Below, one piece after another: positions 20,049 through 31,956 of a DNA stretch of 64,000 nt. How positions within the stretch are numbered: position 1 is the first letter of the stretch; the number at the start of each line of letters is the position of its first letter. Below the pieces are notes generated by a model, which made no database searches, was not told the origin of the DNA, and worked only from the letters and a program-made list of their open reading frames with translations. This DNA comes from Nemertoderma westbladi (Eukaryota > Animalia > Xenacoelomorpha), in contig JAUCBJ010007408.1 of assembly GCA_032718475.1 (NCBI GenBank), positions 13,654 through 77,653 on the forward strand, read 5' to 3'. The position numbers were made by a program, and so were the translations under genes.

Positions 20049-23000
20049 AAATTGGTATATTTGATATTTTTATAGGTTTTTTGAGGTTTGTTTTATAGTG
20101 CCCCCAAGGAAGCGAATGATTTTTATTAACCCAATAAAGTTTATCGTCAAAGCTACTGAGTGCAAATTTATTTTGCTTTAAGGTATAAATACGATGTAAT
20201 TTAGATTGAAATCTGTGTATGTTTTTTTTTATTTCTTCATTTGAGTTATAGGCTTTTAAATATTCTTCATGTGTAATATTCGTTTCCACAACAGCTCTTG
20301 TAATACCTTTTGCTCTACGAATATTTTTGTTATTCCATTCCAAAATTGAATATAATTTTGGTCTTAAAAATACTGCTTGTTTAATTTCACGTGAGGCTAG
20401 TTCGTCTTTACAGTAATAGAGTCTGGATTTATTTTTATCGCTGTAGAGAGGGTGATCCTTAGGGTAATTGGAAGTATCTAAAATATTATTTTTAATTAAT
20501 GCTTTTAAAAAATTATTCTGCGATGTATTATAATAACAACCTATCAAAGAGTCAGTGTCTGATGCAGCAATTTCAATACGGCAGTTTAATTCTTTCTCAA
20601 TAGGTAGCAATTTATTGTAAAACAGCTCATACATATCCAATTTAGCCAAGTCCAACACAGCGCTACCAATAAATATAGGCTTATCGAGAGTTACAGAGTC
20701 TTTCACTAATAAATGTCCCGATAATGTATTATTGTATATTATAAATTGTTCATGATTAATACGATTTACCAATTGATCGCATTTATCGTTGCTATTTGCG
20801 ATACGAAAGTTACATCGATCTCTTATCTTTTCTATTGTTTTACCAAACAGAGAATTATTGAGCAATTTCGCGACAGCAGTTTCAATGTAACTTTTTGCTA
20901 GGCGCCTTTGATTAATATTAAAATCTATGTAATTTTTAAATACAAATTCTTGTTGAAAAGAATATAATTTATGGAGCTTAGTAACAATTAATCCATGTTT
21001 TATATAAAATTTTAACAGTTTCAAATGTAAATGATAAAACTCTTTATCAAATTGCGTCAGCAAGAGTTTTGGTGTAGACATCCTATATTTACGGGAGGTA
21101 CCTCTTTGTATCGATAAATTATTAAATTGTTCCCGCATATAAGGCGAAAGCATTGTTTCATTTATACTTAAATGCTCAGGGGCTAACGGTAATTGTAATG
21201 TTTGATCGTGAATAGCCTTGGGATAATTTAAATCACATATTAAAAAATATCCAGTAGATCCATCAATGTCTAAATTTACCAAGTACTCGATTAGTTTTTC
21301 TGGAATTGCATTCTCTAAGTGTTTAATACTTACTTCTTTGAATTGCGAGGTGGGTAGTTTTTTACTTAAATTCCCAGAATATAAAGAGTTGAAATCAATA
21401 TTAAAAATATGGCATTCTTCCTTAGTAGAATCATATGTGCTTGTTCCGGGTATATTTGATTCTATATAATGCTTTCGACAAAATGAAACACCACCCCTAA
21501 TTGATTTTTCAAAATCTCTATATGTCTGATAATCCTTTATTAATTCTATTTTACATTTATTATATTTTAGTGCACAATCATAGGTAAATGACGCAATACT
21601 ACAGTAAAAAACCACTTCTAAATCGTAATTTTGTTTACAAATATTCCTAAAATTCTCAAATATATCAGCAAGCAAACAAACATCGAGTTTTAAATAGGCT
21701 AAAAGATAATCTTTGAGATTCACACAGTCAAATTCTACCCATGATAATTCTGCAAACCTATAATCTTCAATTGCGCATGTTTTTTGTGTTAAGTTACTAA
21801 AAAAATTATTTATAGACGGCAAACCAGTATCATTAAATTTATTAATATCTGTCAAGTACTCGTATGGAAATACACCTTTCCGTTTAATTGTTGAGTTATT
21901 CAAGTTTGGATAAAAATATTTCATTTCTTGTAGAGTAATAGGTAAAATTGAGCTTATATCATGACTCGCTACATCCTTTGTTGAACACTCAACTAAATTA
22001 GTTAAAGAAAAGCTTAAAAATTGATATGTGTCCAAGAAACGTAACTCAATTTTTTTTAGAAGTGTTTTTAATTGGGATAAATGCACTCATTGAAATATAT
22101 CGTTCTGTATTTCTCGGTATAACCTTTATATCCCAATCTGTGTATTTCTTATCTCTAAATCCGGTTTGTAATAAATATACAATGTATATCGTAGTTGTTG
22201 GAATTATGCCCGCAAAGTACATACAGGTATCGTTTCAATGATAAACTTCGGTTACAGCTATTACATGCTGCTGCAATATATTTACCTGTGATATGTGAAT
22301 GATGTCTGTTTTTCCCCACATTATTATTTAAAGTAACATTACAATAGAAACAGAATTTTGCTTGTTGAAAATTTACAAAATCAATATTAGTAAATGACAT
22401 AGTTTTATGTGTATATATGTCTGACCAACAACATAATTCAGTTAAATCAGTATATAATGAATCTAAGAAATCTTGAATACAATTATTATTATTTGATTTT
22501 ACGAATGTTTTCAAATGACATTTTGGTGGGTCAATTAATTCAGTATTGGGAACAATTAAATAACTCACAGCACACGGTATATGTTCCTGTATAAATTGAT
22601 TGTTAACTGAAGGTTGTAAGATACATTCTATATCAAAGTAGGTGACAAACAATGGGGATAAGGTTCTATCTAAATTTGTAAAACTAATGTGTGTTCTTTT
22701 TTTTTTATTAGGTAGTTTCTCGCGTTGACTTCTTCCTTGGTAGCAGACGAGACGGTGTCGATGAAGAACTTCCGCTCGAAAAAAATGAGTCAAACACCTT
22801 TCACAAAATTGCCTACCTCGAGTATGAAGAGCTCTCGTATTCAGCAATCGATTCAAGTTAGTTATGCAAACATAATGATTCTGTTTAGGTACATTGTTAT
22901 TTTTTACTACAAGTAATATATTTAATAACTGTTTATCAGGTGTAATTTTACTAAACGGCGGTTGTCTTAATATAGATACAGGGGAGTGTTTGTTATCATT

Positions 23001-24062
23001 ATTCCAACATAGTAAATTAATTATATATTTTGAATTTTGTTTTTCAAAAAGTTTAATCGCTAACAGCCACTCTGTTGGATAATCTTTGTTCCCATTGTCA
23101 AAAATGAAATGACTCATATAATTTTTGTACGATGAAGTACGGTTTTTGTGATCTTTCACTTTGCTACCAAATTTTGCGGATATAATTGCCCATTTAAAAC
23201 AGTCATTATCAGCCGATTGTACATTTATAACACATCGTTTACCTGATAGAGCCTTAGGTAATTCCATATATCCATGCCCCTTATATAGTAACGACCTACA
23301 CTTAGATTCAGCTAATTTAATTTCAACCCTTAATAAAGATTTAATACGCCACCCGGAACCACGTGTGTTAAAGATGGCTATTTTTTGTAATATATTTCCC
23401 GTCACATACTCAAACCATGTGTCAAAACTTTCTGATGAATCTACAGTATTAATAGCACCACCGGAAGAATTAAAATAAAAGGTTTCCAATTGCTCACCTT
23501 GTGAAAAATGTGATCTGTACATTAATACATTTAGACCTAACCACAGTCTAAGAACATTCATTTCTTTCAATCTATCTAATATTAACTGAAGAATATTACC
23601 TCGAATTTGCGTTAATGCTGTTTCTACATCGGGATAATCTCTAGAAGTTGGGAGGTCGTGGACATAAATTTCAAGACGATTATCGTGAGCTTCTTGTTCC
23701 CGCGTAAAAATTGTTGTGCATGTACCAAGAGCCACCCTTAAGTTTTTTCTGGATATTATATTTTTATGTTGCGAAAATTTACGCTTTCTTGTGTAGTAAC
23801 ATTTCAAGTGACAGTCGTGTCGTATATAATTCTCATATGTATACTCTTTATTACAGGTAGAACAAGTCAATTGATAGGTGCGGAACTCCATTTCTTTACA
23901 ACCAGTAGTTGTAAAATGTCGTTTACAAATTTCGCTGCATGAAGTCACGACATGACACTTTAAACAAGAATAACCTTCAAAATGTGTCCGTAGGTGGCGT
24001 AAATAATTATGTCTAGTTATATTCATATGACAGAATGAACAACATATTGTTATTTTATCCAT
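19996..24062 (-). pseudogene. Protein-primed family B DNA polymerase (N-terminal Zn fingers, TP, vOTU-like, exonuclease with EndoVII-like insert, polymerase), two frameshifts
   Basis: DNDCFKW..NHY; YFDIEC; HHSHITGKY..CNSCN; HNSNNYD; FLDTYQF; RKGVFPYEY; IRGG; DFNSLY; KLLNNSLFGK; SDTDS; KGI. Frameshifts at ~22175 and in the T8 run 22050-22057. Confidence 0.95.
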
Positions 24063-24211
24063 GTTGAAGTTTGTTTAGATAAATAATAATAATAATAATA
24101 ATAATAAAATATCTCCAAAGATTAAAATAAAATGAAATGAAATGAAATGATATTGACTATATCTAAACATTTATATGCTAGCGGGTGAAATAATTTTAAA
24201 TCAATCACCAA

Positions 24212-25300
24212 TCACCAATCGCTTATGGGTATTGGAAACCCCAAAGGGTTTAACTTATGATCAGGTTTCCATGTAACCTCATCTACTGGAACTCGGTTAA
24301 CAGCACATTTCTGTTTCTTTGCAGGTGATGCGTTGGTAAATTTACTCGATGATCTTGGCTTCCGAGGTAATATTTCAGGAAAGACCTGTTGCGGTTGAGA
24401 GCAGCTCTCTTCAACATCCGGATTAGGTGATGGGATCTCTACGAACGCTTTAGGTTTATCCAAAAGGACAAAGCCGTCAACGTGGGCTTCAGTAAGAGAA
24501 ACGCCATCCAGCGATTCTTTGAGAAAACTAATATGGGCTTTATCATTCAAGTAATGCAACTCGATAGAATTTCCGCCGGCGCCTACTTCCGTAGAATTAT
24601 CGGTGTTGGTGATAATAATTTTTTTATTATTGGTTTTAATCATTTTGAGACGGTCTGATAATTGAATGATATTTTTATCAAAAAGATGCTTGTCTGTTTC
24701 AGCGACTTGGTTGTCCCACTCTCGCAGCAAAACAGTTAGTTCCTGTTTTGACAAATTGAAACCCGTATAATAGTTAAAACCAACACTATCAACGTATCTG
24801 AGGCTGATTTTCCATAAGCCAACATAGTTGGTTCCTTTAAAAGCTGTTACAAATCCAATAAACTCTGGATTTGATAATTCAATGTAGAATTGATCGCTAA
24901 TAATCTCTAGCGGTGGAGAGAGAAATTGCAATAATTTCCCTCTGTATTGAATTAGAACTTCAGTAAAAGCTTTGTTGAGAACTTTACATTTGCCTTGTTT
25001 CTGAACGTAAACATCACCCGATGTGGGGTTGATGGAAATATTCAAATTTCCCCGCGCAAAACGAGGAGTGGGATATATCCTACCTGGTATAATTGCTGGT
25101 CTGGATTGATGTTGGTTGTTGTTGTTGGTTGTTTCTAGAATGTCTAACAAATAGCGGGTATCTTGATGGGAAAAACAAATTGAATCGTTGTCCTCCTGAG
25201 ATTCCACAATAAAATACTTGCTGCGAACGACGGTACAAGTATATTTATTGTAAGTAAATTTCCAGCTATTTGTTGCTCCGGTTTTTTGCGTTAAGGCCAT
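24212..25300 (-). CDS. 362-aa protein with putative PC4/Sub1-like ssDNA-binding domain
   Basis: FVTAFKGTNYVGLWK..TGFNLSKQELTVL resembles PC4 (V..FKGK..IDIRE..KGISL..EQW..L); basic tail. Confidence 0.5.
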   Translation of the reverse strand: MALTQKTGATNSWKFTYNKYTCTVVRSKYFIVESQEDNDSICFSHQDTRYLLDILETTNNNNQHQSRPAIIPGRIYPTPRFARGNLNISINPTSGDVYVQKQGKCKVLNKAFTEVLIQYRGKLLQFLSPPLEIISDQFYIELSNPEFIGFVTAFKGTNYVGLWKISLRYVDSVGFNYYTGFNLSKQELTVLLREWDNQVAETDKHLFDKNIIQLSDRLKMIKTNNKKIIITNTDNSTEVGAGGNSIELHYLNDKAHISFLKESLDGVSLTEAHVDGFVLLDKPKAFVEIPSPNPDVEESCSQPQQVFPEILPRKPRSSSKFTNASPAKKQKCAVNRVPVDEVTWKPDHKLNPLGFPIPISDW

Positions 25301-26235
25301 AATAATAATAATAATAAATACGAAAAATATTACAAGTGATAAATTTTAAACCGTATCGCTGTAATAAATTGACACCATAGTTCTCACTCTAAAATTGTGA
25401 TGTAAAACAATAGAGAAGATAAGGGATCGCTTTTCTCATTGCTATTAGTAATACAGCGACCTCGTATCTTCTCTATTGTTTTACAACTCCAAGGTCGGAA
25501 TCAGTATCATTTTATGTGGTGTCGTTTTCCGACCATCGAATATACAACGAATAAGATAATGTAGAAATTATTAAGGAAATAACACAATTTCAGAGTGAGA
25601 ACAAAAGTATCAATATATTACCATGAAGATTACTACAAGTGATGAATTTTATTAAAAACATTCAGTTTATATAAATTTGCGATGTGGCACGTAGTCAACG
25701 AAGAAGATGTGGGACGTGTCATAATCATTGACGAATAAGAAAAGAGATGTGATGCAACGTGGATGAATGGTTGGTTGCTTGCATGGATAGGAAATACGTG
25801 AAAGAATATGAATCATAGGGTTGTGTGTAATAATCAATAATTATTATAATAAAAACGCACAGTATAATGTTAGCAGTGGTAGCCTTTCAATATGGCACAG
25901 ATGCTGTGGGATTGGTTAGGTTGAGTAACTATGGAAATGTTCGTATACGTGTAGCCGGAACGTGGCGGAATTTCAACACGTATCATAGTGGTGGACTGGT
26001 GACGGCTGTCGAAGAGTAGCACTAACTAACGGTGGGTTAAATCGTTGAGTTGGCAATCGATATAATATATGCGTGTAGTTGGTGGCCACGTCGCCATCAT
26101 ATACAGTATACAGCGGTGGTGGTGGTGGTGATGATGCGGTGAAAAGGTGAATAACATTAGGGTTAGTTAGTCAGTAGTCGAGTTAGGCTACGCTACGCTA
26201 CGATTGGTTGATGGCAACTGCCGATCGATGGATGG

Positions 26236-26363
26236 TGGTGACAGATGTGGCCCGCGTCGCAATTTAGCACCAGAATTTGGCATTTTTTAATTGCCTCCGA
26301 ACGAAATGTGCATAGCCCAGGCTTAGGGAGGACTTCAGCGAGGGCCATGCTTTATCTACTACT
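26236..26363 (-). repeat. Polinton right TIR
   Basis: Ends ...atgctttatctactact; inverse of 6684-6811. Confidence 0.97.
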
Positions 26364-26468
26364 TAAATGGCAGATTCCCATGTATAAAAGGCAGACCTCC
26401 AGTCCTGCCATGTATAAAAGGCAGACCCCCATGTATAAAAGGCAGACCCCCCCAATGTATAAAAGGCT
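26364..26468 (+). repeat. Short tandem array of TATA-box-containing units (catgTATAAAAGgcagacc)
   Basis: TATAAAAG at 26383, 26413, 26434 and 26458, plus a partial unit at the Polinton junction. Confidence 0.9.
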
Positions 26469-26512
26469 ATCGCTAATTTCAACTTCCAGCCAAATACATC
26501 GAAAAACTAACC

Positions 26513-29212
26513 TTAAATAATCGTCTCCAGCAAAAATAAGTGATGTGAGTGAGTGTGTGTGTGACTGAAATGAAAACTCAAAACATTTAATATTGTATCC
26601 AGAGGCAGTATATCGATGACCTCCAGCAACTCGTCGTACTGAGTCATTGTGGATACGTATCCCTCTTTGGACATTATCAAAGGGTTGACGGGCCAAAATC
26701 CTAGATATAGTCTCATTGGGAAACGCCGTCTTTGCGCTGACACGTGCTCGTCCGCTAAATCTTCACAATGGTCAAATAGCTGTTGCATAATCCTTACCGA
26801 CATGTGCTCGTAAGGAACATCCCAAAGTTGGCACTCCAACGCTCTATGTCCCTTGACATTGCAGTAGGTGCACTGCACAACAAAACGCCAGCAAGTGTAG
26901 AAAGTATGGGATCTTTGATCTCCGCACCGGTTGCAAACTAAGTCTGGCAAAGATATGTGTTTGGCCCCACATTCCTTAGCATGATGTCCTGTAGCTCCAA
27001 ATCATCAACATACGGTGTTAGCAGGATACCAAATGCGTTCGTAAATAAGGTCGCCAATAGGGCGAGCGCTAACGTCCATGTGATAGTCATAATCATCGGG
27101 ATCAGTTGGTACGTTCGTCTCCACTGGTTTTACACAGACCATGGCGTCGCTCCTTTCGAGTTGACAAATCTCGGTTCGTGTCTTCCTTGGAAGATTCTCC
27201 TCTATTGCGATAACCTGCCACAATGGCTCGTCGATTATCATGGACTCGGCCGAATCGTCATCGGGATGATGAATGGTAGGCGCGCGCGCCTTCTGTGATT
27301 CTTCCGGGTCCATATTCTCCATATTGTGTTCCCCGTCATAGGGTACTATAGTTAACATCGATGGTCTGTCGACGAGACTTCCCGCGTGGGTGTGATAAAC
27401 TTCTCAAAAGACGCTGAATCCCGCATGCGTGAAAGCATCACAGTGGGCGTCGGTGTTGTAGAAGGGGTGAAGGAATCAACGAAATACATCTGTATGCATC
27501 CTCCCTCCTTCATAGACTGTATGTCCCTCTCCGAGACATAACGGGTGTCGCTTTAGAGACCTGGACACTATATCGGCGATGAAACACATGGTAACTAATG
27601 ACTCTATAGCCAAGTAGTACTGTACGATTATCCGCGGAGGTGAGGTAATTGCCCAGTATACGCATCCTCACCACTTTAACTGCGATTCGAACTCGTTGAA
27701 CATGCTCGTATCACCTTCTCCATATATATATCCAGTATCCATATATCCAGTTCCAGTTTCGAGAGTATTATACTCTCTGAAGTATCCTTGCTCTATCTCC
27801 CAGAGCAACAGTGGTCTAGTGTCCACGTACGGCGTAGGCAATCTGTCTTCCTCCTCGGGCATCCCGGCGAAATCGCTGATGAGATCGTCCCGCACGCTGG
27901 ATCCGATCTTCACGATGCTCCTGTCTAATATGACATTGCATACCGCCTTTGGCAACATCCTAGCCTCTATATTACAGGCTACATCCATAGACTTGATTGT
28001 CCCCTTTATCATTGCGTGTCATCGAGTTGTTTCTTCCAGCATCGGCATCTTGCGATCACTATACTGTCGGCTGAAGATGTGTAGCACCCCATCCGGTGCT
28101 CGAATCTGAATGGTTTTCGAGGTGAGGCTCTGTTGGTGGCTCCCACCCTCGTTGTCATAGAACATATATCCATTCTCGCACAGAGATTGACTCGTCACAT
28201 CCCACTCGTTCGTCGAGTAAATCCTCCAAGGGGTGCCAAATCTTTCCAATGGCCTTCTCATCGTCGAAACTGATGGGTTTCCCCATCCAGTTGGTCGCGA
28301 TATCGGTACCGGTCTCAAACGTACCGACTCCGATCCATGAATGGATTGTCCTCATCAGATATCCTCTCAAGACAAAAGGCGCGATATCCACTCACGCTCG
28401 ATCAACTTCCTTGAAGTCGGTAATATGTGGAGGCACGTTGCGAATGATTTTCTGCATTATTACTCTATGCAACTCCACAGCCTCTAACACATCGGCAAAC
28501 GTTACCGATGGGAGGAAATCCAGGTTTGTTATGATCTCCGGATGTTCCACTATCGGGATCTCGTATGTTGTATCCGCATGAGTTGGTATGCTGATGGGGA
28601 AATTGGATATCCTTGCAACCGGCACTACTGCTTGAGTAGGGTGAGGTTGAGGTTCTTGCGTCATCTCCACGTGAGGTGTCTGTAGTCTCTGCGGCAAGCG
28701 TTGAGCGAAGGTAATGCTATCGAAGAGTTCGGGTGTCATCTCCTTAGGAATGACGTTGTCTTGCGCATGTATACATCCTCCGCATTTATAATAAAGTTTA
28801 TATATTGAGAACGCGTCTTTAGTCTCCGGATCTGCTCGTCGAGCACGTCTATACAGGTGCATCCCGTCGAACTCGTCCCTGACTGCAGGCATGGGCTCAC
28901 TCGCCGTGGTATAGTGGACGTATCTCCGTATCGGGGTCCTCGCATATGTCGCTGGCATCGCACGACGCATCGTAAGGGTAAAGCGCGTTGAATTCCTGGT
29001 GCAACTCCTCCACCCTTTTGTTTTAAGCGTCTTGTCTTTGTTGTGTAAGATTCGGGTCTGCTTGAGACTTTGCAAGCTTAGCTGTACTCCTCACCATACC
29101 TCTCGACTCCGAATACATTAAAGTCTTTCGCTCCATGTTGGTTGAAGGGAGCCTGGTGTTCCTGTTCTTGTGTAAATCCCTGTCTCTGTTCCTTATTGAT
29201 CCTCTCTGCCAT
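26513..29212 (-). pseudogene. Decayed accessory ORF(s) 3' of BEL-B pol: DEDDy 3'-5' exonuclease plus Zn knuckles
   Basis: 28318 to ~27480 in one frame through two TGA: FYDNEG..IQIRA..LPKAVCNVILDRSIVKIG..VRDDL..VDTR..W..QYYLAIE; 26513-26950 has CNRC..H...C and CTYCNVKGHRALEC. Confidence 0.7.
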
Positions 29213-30624
29213 TGTATGCGTATTAATATCGTTACGTTTATCGTTACGTTTATCTATACCATTGCGTCTACTAGAGGTAGCACAAACAGAGGTTAGATGT
29301 GAGGAGACTTAGAGATTTCGTCTTCTTTTGGCTCAACTTTGCTCTAAACCCCCTACCCATAGCCAAAGATTCAGGGTTCTGTGAGACTTCTCACTGGCTC
29401 TTAATCTAAAAACTGTGCCGGTAAAAAAAATTCGGTCAAACTGGCCATGAGTCTAAAATACTCACTTTTTAATCGCAAACTACTTCCTAGAATAATAATG
29501 CAGTCAAGAATTAGTTAAAAATAGAGTAGACACAACTATTGGAACAAGGCCATTTATATTTGTCAATAAATATTGGAAGGCTCGCGAGCCTTCCATCCCC
29601 CTTCTTGTCCCCCCAATTGTTGGTCCCATCCGACCACATCCTAGAATCCGTCCACTGGAGAATCAATTTTCCTAAAAAATTCGAAATCCAAATTGATTAT
29701 CTAAAAATTTTTAAAATTTGTCTCGCTTGTGGGTTCCAAGTGGAATTCCATTCCTTTGTACACACAAAACCGCTCCTATGTGATACATAAGGGTACTACC
29801 CTCCATGTTCACATATAAAGACAATGGAATTCCACCGCTGTCTTTAACCTACAGTGTACAGGAATATGGTAGGCACATCACTACTTACGTGGTTTACGTG
29901 GAGATTTATAATCTCCTGTCTCGTTTCGAGTCTCCTCAAGGAGTACGAGATGTTGTATAGGTCTGTCTACAGTACGTCCGTCAATTGTCTGTACAGTCAC
30001 AGTCCGTATTACACCACCTGATGTCAGGTGTGTGGTCAAAATGACTCCAGTCAACCAAAACCGTCTTTTCAAGTTGGGCTGTGCTAAAAAGCCCAGCTAA
30101 TTTGCAGCAAGCGTCAGTCCATGATTGTGTAAGGTTAACTATCCGGTCGACGTAAGTGTTAGTGATGTCACTAGGTAAGTAAATATGTATAGTGTGGATA
30201 CTTGTTTGGACATGGTAGGCCCGTGGGCCTTCCGGTAAGTGTCTCCGTTTGTGCAATGGGCTTGTCTGGGTCCACAAGTACTTTCTTGGTCTCCAATGTC
30301 TTACCTTTATCATCAGAACTCGATGGGTTGACCTGTATTAGTGGTTTTAACTCTACGGCATTGGCACATTTCGTTGGACTTGTAGGTCTCCTAACGTTAG
30401 TCACACGTTTAGTCGTAGGTTGTAAGTCAGGTATTTTCCTTGAGCGTAGTGTGATACCTGTATTTACATTTGGATGGGCACGACCCATATTTGTAATACC
30501 TGTAGTCACACCATTGTCATGTTGACTCAAGCATGTCAAGGTAGGTAAGTTGGTAATACATTACTGGTCAATACTATGCCGCTCCAATGGGGTAATTGCG
30601 GTGTTATAGTATACTTCATTACAT

Positions 30625-31105
30625 TCTGGTAGAATGTCTGGTGAATGGTCTGGTGGACAGTCTGGTGAGACGTCTGGCGAACAGTCTGGTGAGATGTCTG
30701 GTCGAACACATCATGGAACATCCAGCGAAATGTTAGTCGTACGTCCAATAGAAAGTCTGGTGTAATGTCTGGTAGAATGTCTGGTCTAACATCTGGTTGA
30801 CAGTCTGGCAAGATGTCTGGTACAAAGTCTGGTTGACAGTTTGGCAAGTTGTCTGGACGAAATTCTGGTGATAAATCCAGCAAAATGTCTGGTGGAAAAT
30901 CTGGAGAGATGTCCAGTAGACAATCGGTCAAAAGATCTATAAAACAATCTGGCGAAAAGTCTGGAGAGTAATCTGGAGGACAGTCTGGTGAACAATCTGG
31001 CGAAATGTCTTGTGAAGTTTCCCACGGAACGTCCGGTGAAAGATTCGTTGGTACGTCTGGTAGAATGTCTGGTGAGACATCTGGCTTAATGTCTGGTGGG
31101 GTGTC
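30625..31105. repeat. 12-bp minisatellite (gtctggtga(g/a)at-like)
   Basis: tctgg recurs at 12-bp period for about 480 bp. Confidence 0.85.
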
Positions 31106-31264
31106 CAGGATATTAGACTTGACTTGACAAGGTCAGAGTTAAATACATGATAAATGTAAGTAGATGAACCTCCGCAGTATTTGCAGGTGCAGTCATCGGA
31201 TAATTCGTGGAATGGTGTTTTAATGTTACATAGTTTCCAATAGTAGCCGTGAACGGTTGATCAT

Positions 31265-31760
31265 GAAATTAAATGTCGGTTTCTTTGTCCGGCAGTGCGC
31301 GAGGTGTTACTTGTGAAAGCTGGCCCATGTATATAGTTTTTGTATTAAATAAATCATCTTTACTATTCAGAAACATTTTATATTGTTCGAAAACGTCGGA
31401 ATTGAATAATGACAGGATTTTAACGTTGAGATCTTCGATATACGTTTTGCATCCGACCATCTTCAATGCAATTTTCAGTAGAAGAGGCGTTTTTAGGAAG
31501 TCCCAGGAGTCTTTTAACGAATGTTGTTTTAACTTTATCTATTTCTTTCAAATTAGAAAGTGTAAAATATGGTGCAATCTCTGGGAAACTAATCATAGGC
31601 TCAATTTTCAAATTGAAAATTTTCATTCCAGTTTCAATTTCCTTTTCCTTATTCTTGTTGATTTGTTTTCTGAAGACTAAGGACGGTTGCATTGTGACCC
31701 CGAGATATTCATATTCGTTACAGAATCGTAACGACCTGACCCTGACCTTGGCACTAGCCT
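31265..31760 (-). pseudogene. Non-LTR (LINE) RT C-terminal fragment inside BEL-B
   Basis: YEYLGVTM..KIFNLKIEPMISF..IDKVKTTFVKRLLGLPKNAS. Confidence 0.65.
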
Positions 31761-31956
31761 TCGCTTTCGACTTGACCACAGTGTCGGTTTTTATCTCGGC
31801 ACCTTCCCGGGATGGTGTTTGATGTCGCATCGAATAGCGGCGGCCATTCATCCGATCGTCGTTGCAGGAAGTCGGGTCCTCGAAACCAAAAGGACTTGTT
31901 GCCTGGTTTGCAAAAGTCTATGGGCATCATTCCCCGTGACGCGATGTCAGCCAGGT

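Larger units (their letters stand above)
6684..26363. mobile_element. Polinton/Maverick (adintovirus-like), full length, 19.68 kb
   Basis: 128-bp TIRs starting AGTAGT; ATPase, integrase, pentons and MCP on +, pPolB on -. Confidence 0.97.

Noticed and set aside
22240-22360. EndoVII/HNH-like insert in pPolB as a novel homing element
   Set aside because: Common feature of this Polinton pPolB group; no intein motifs
26364-26468. CRISPR-like array (also 33590-33770 and 30625-31105)
   Set aside because: No unique constant-length spacers, no cas genes, eukaryotic context
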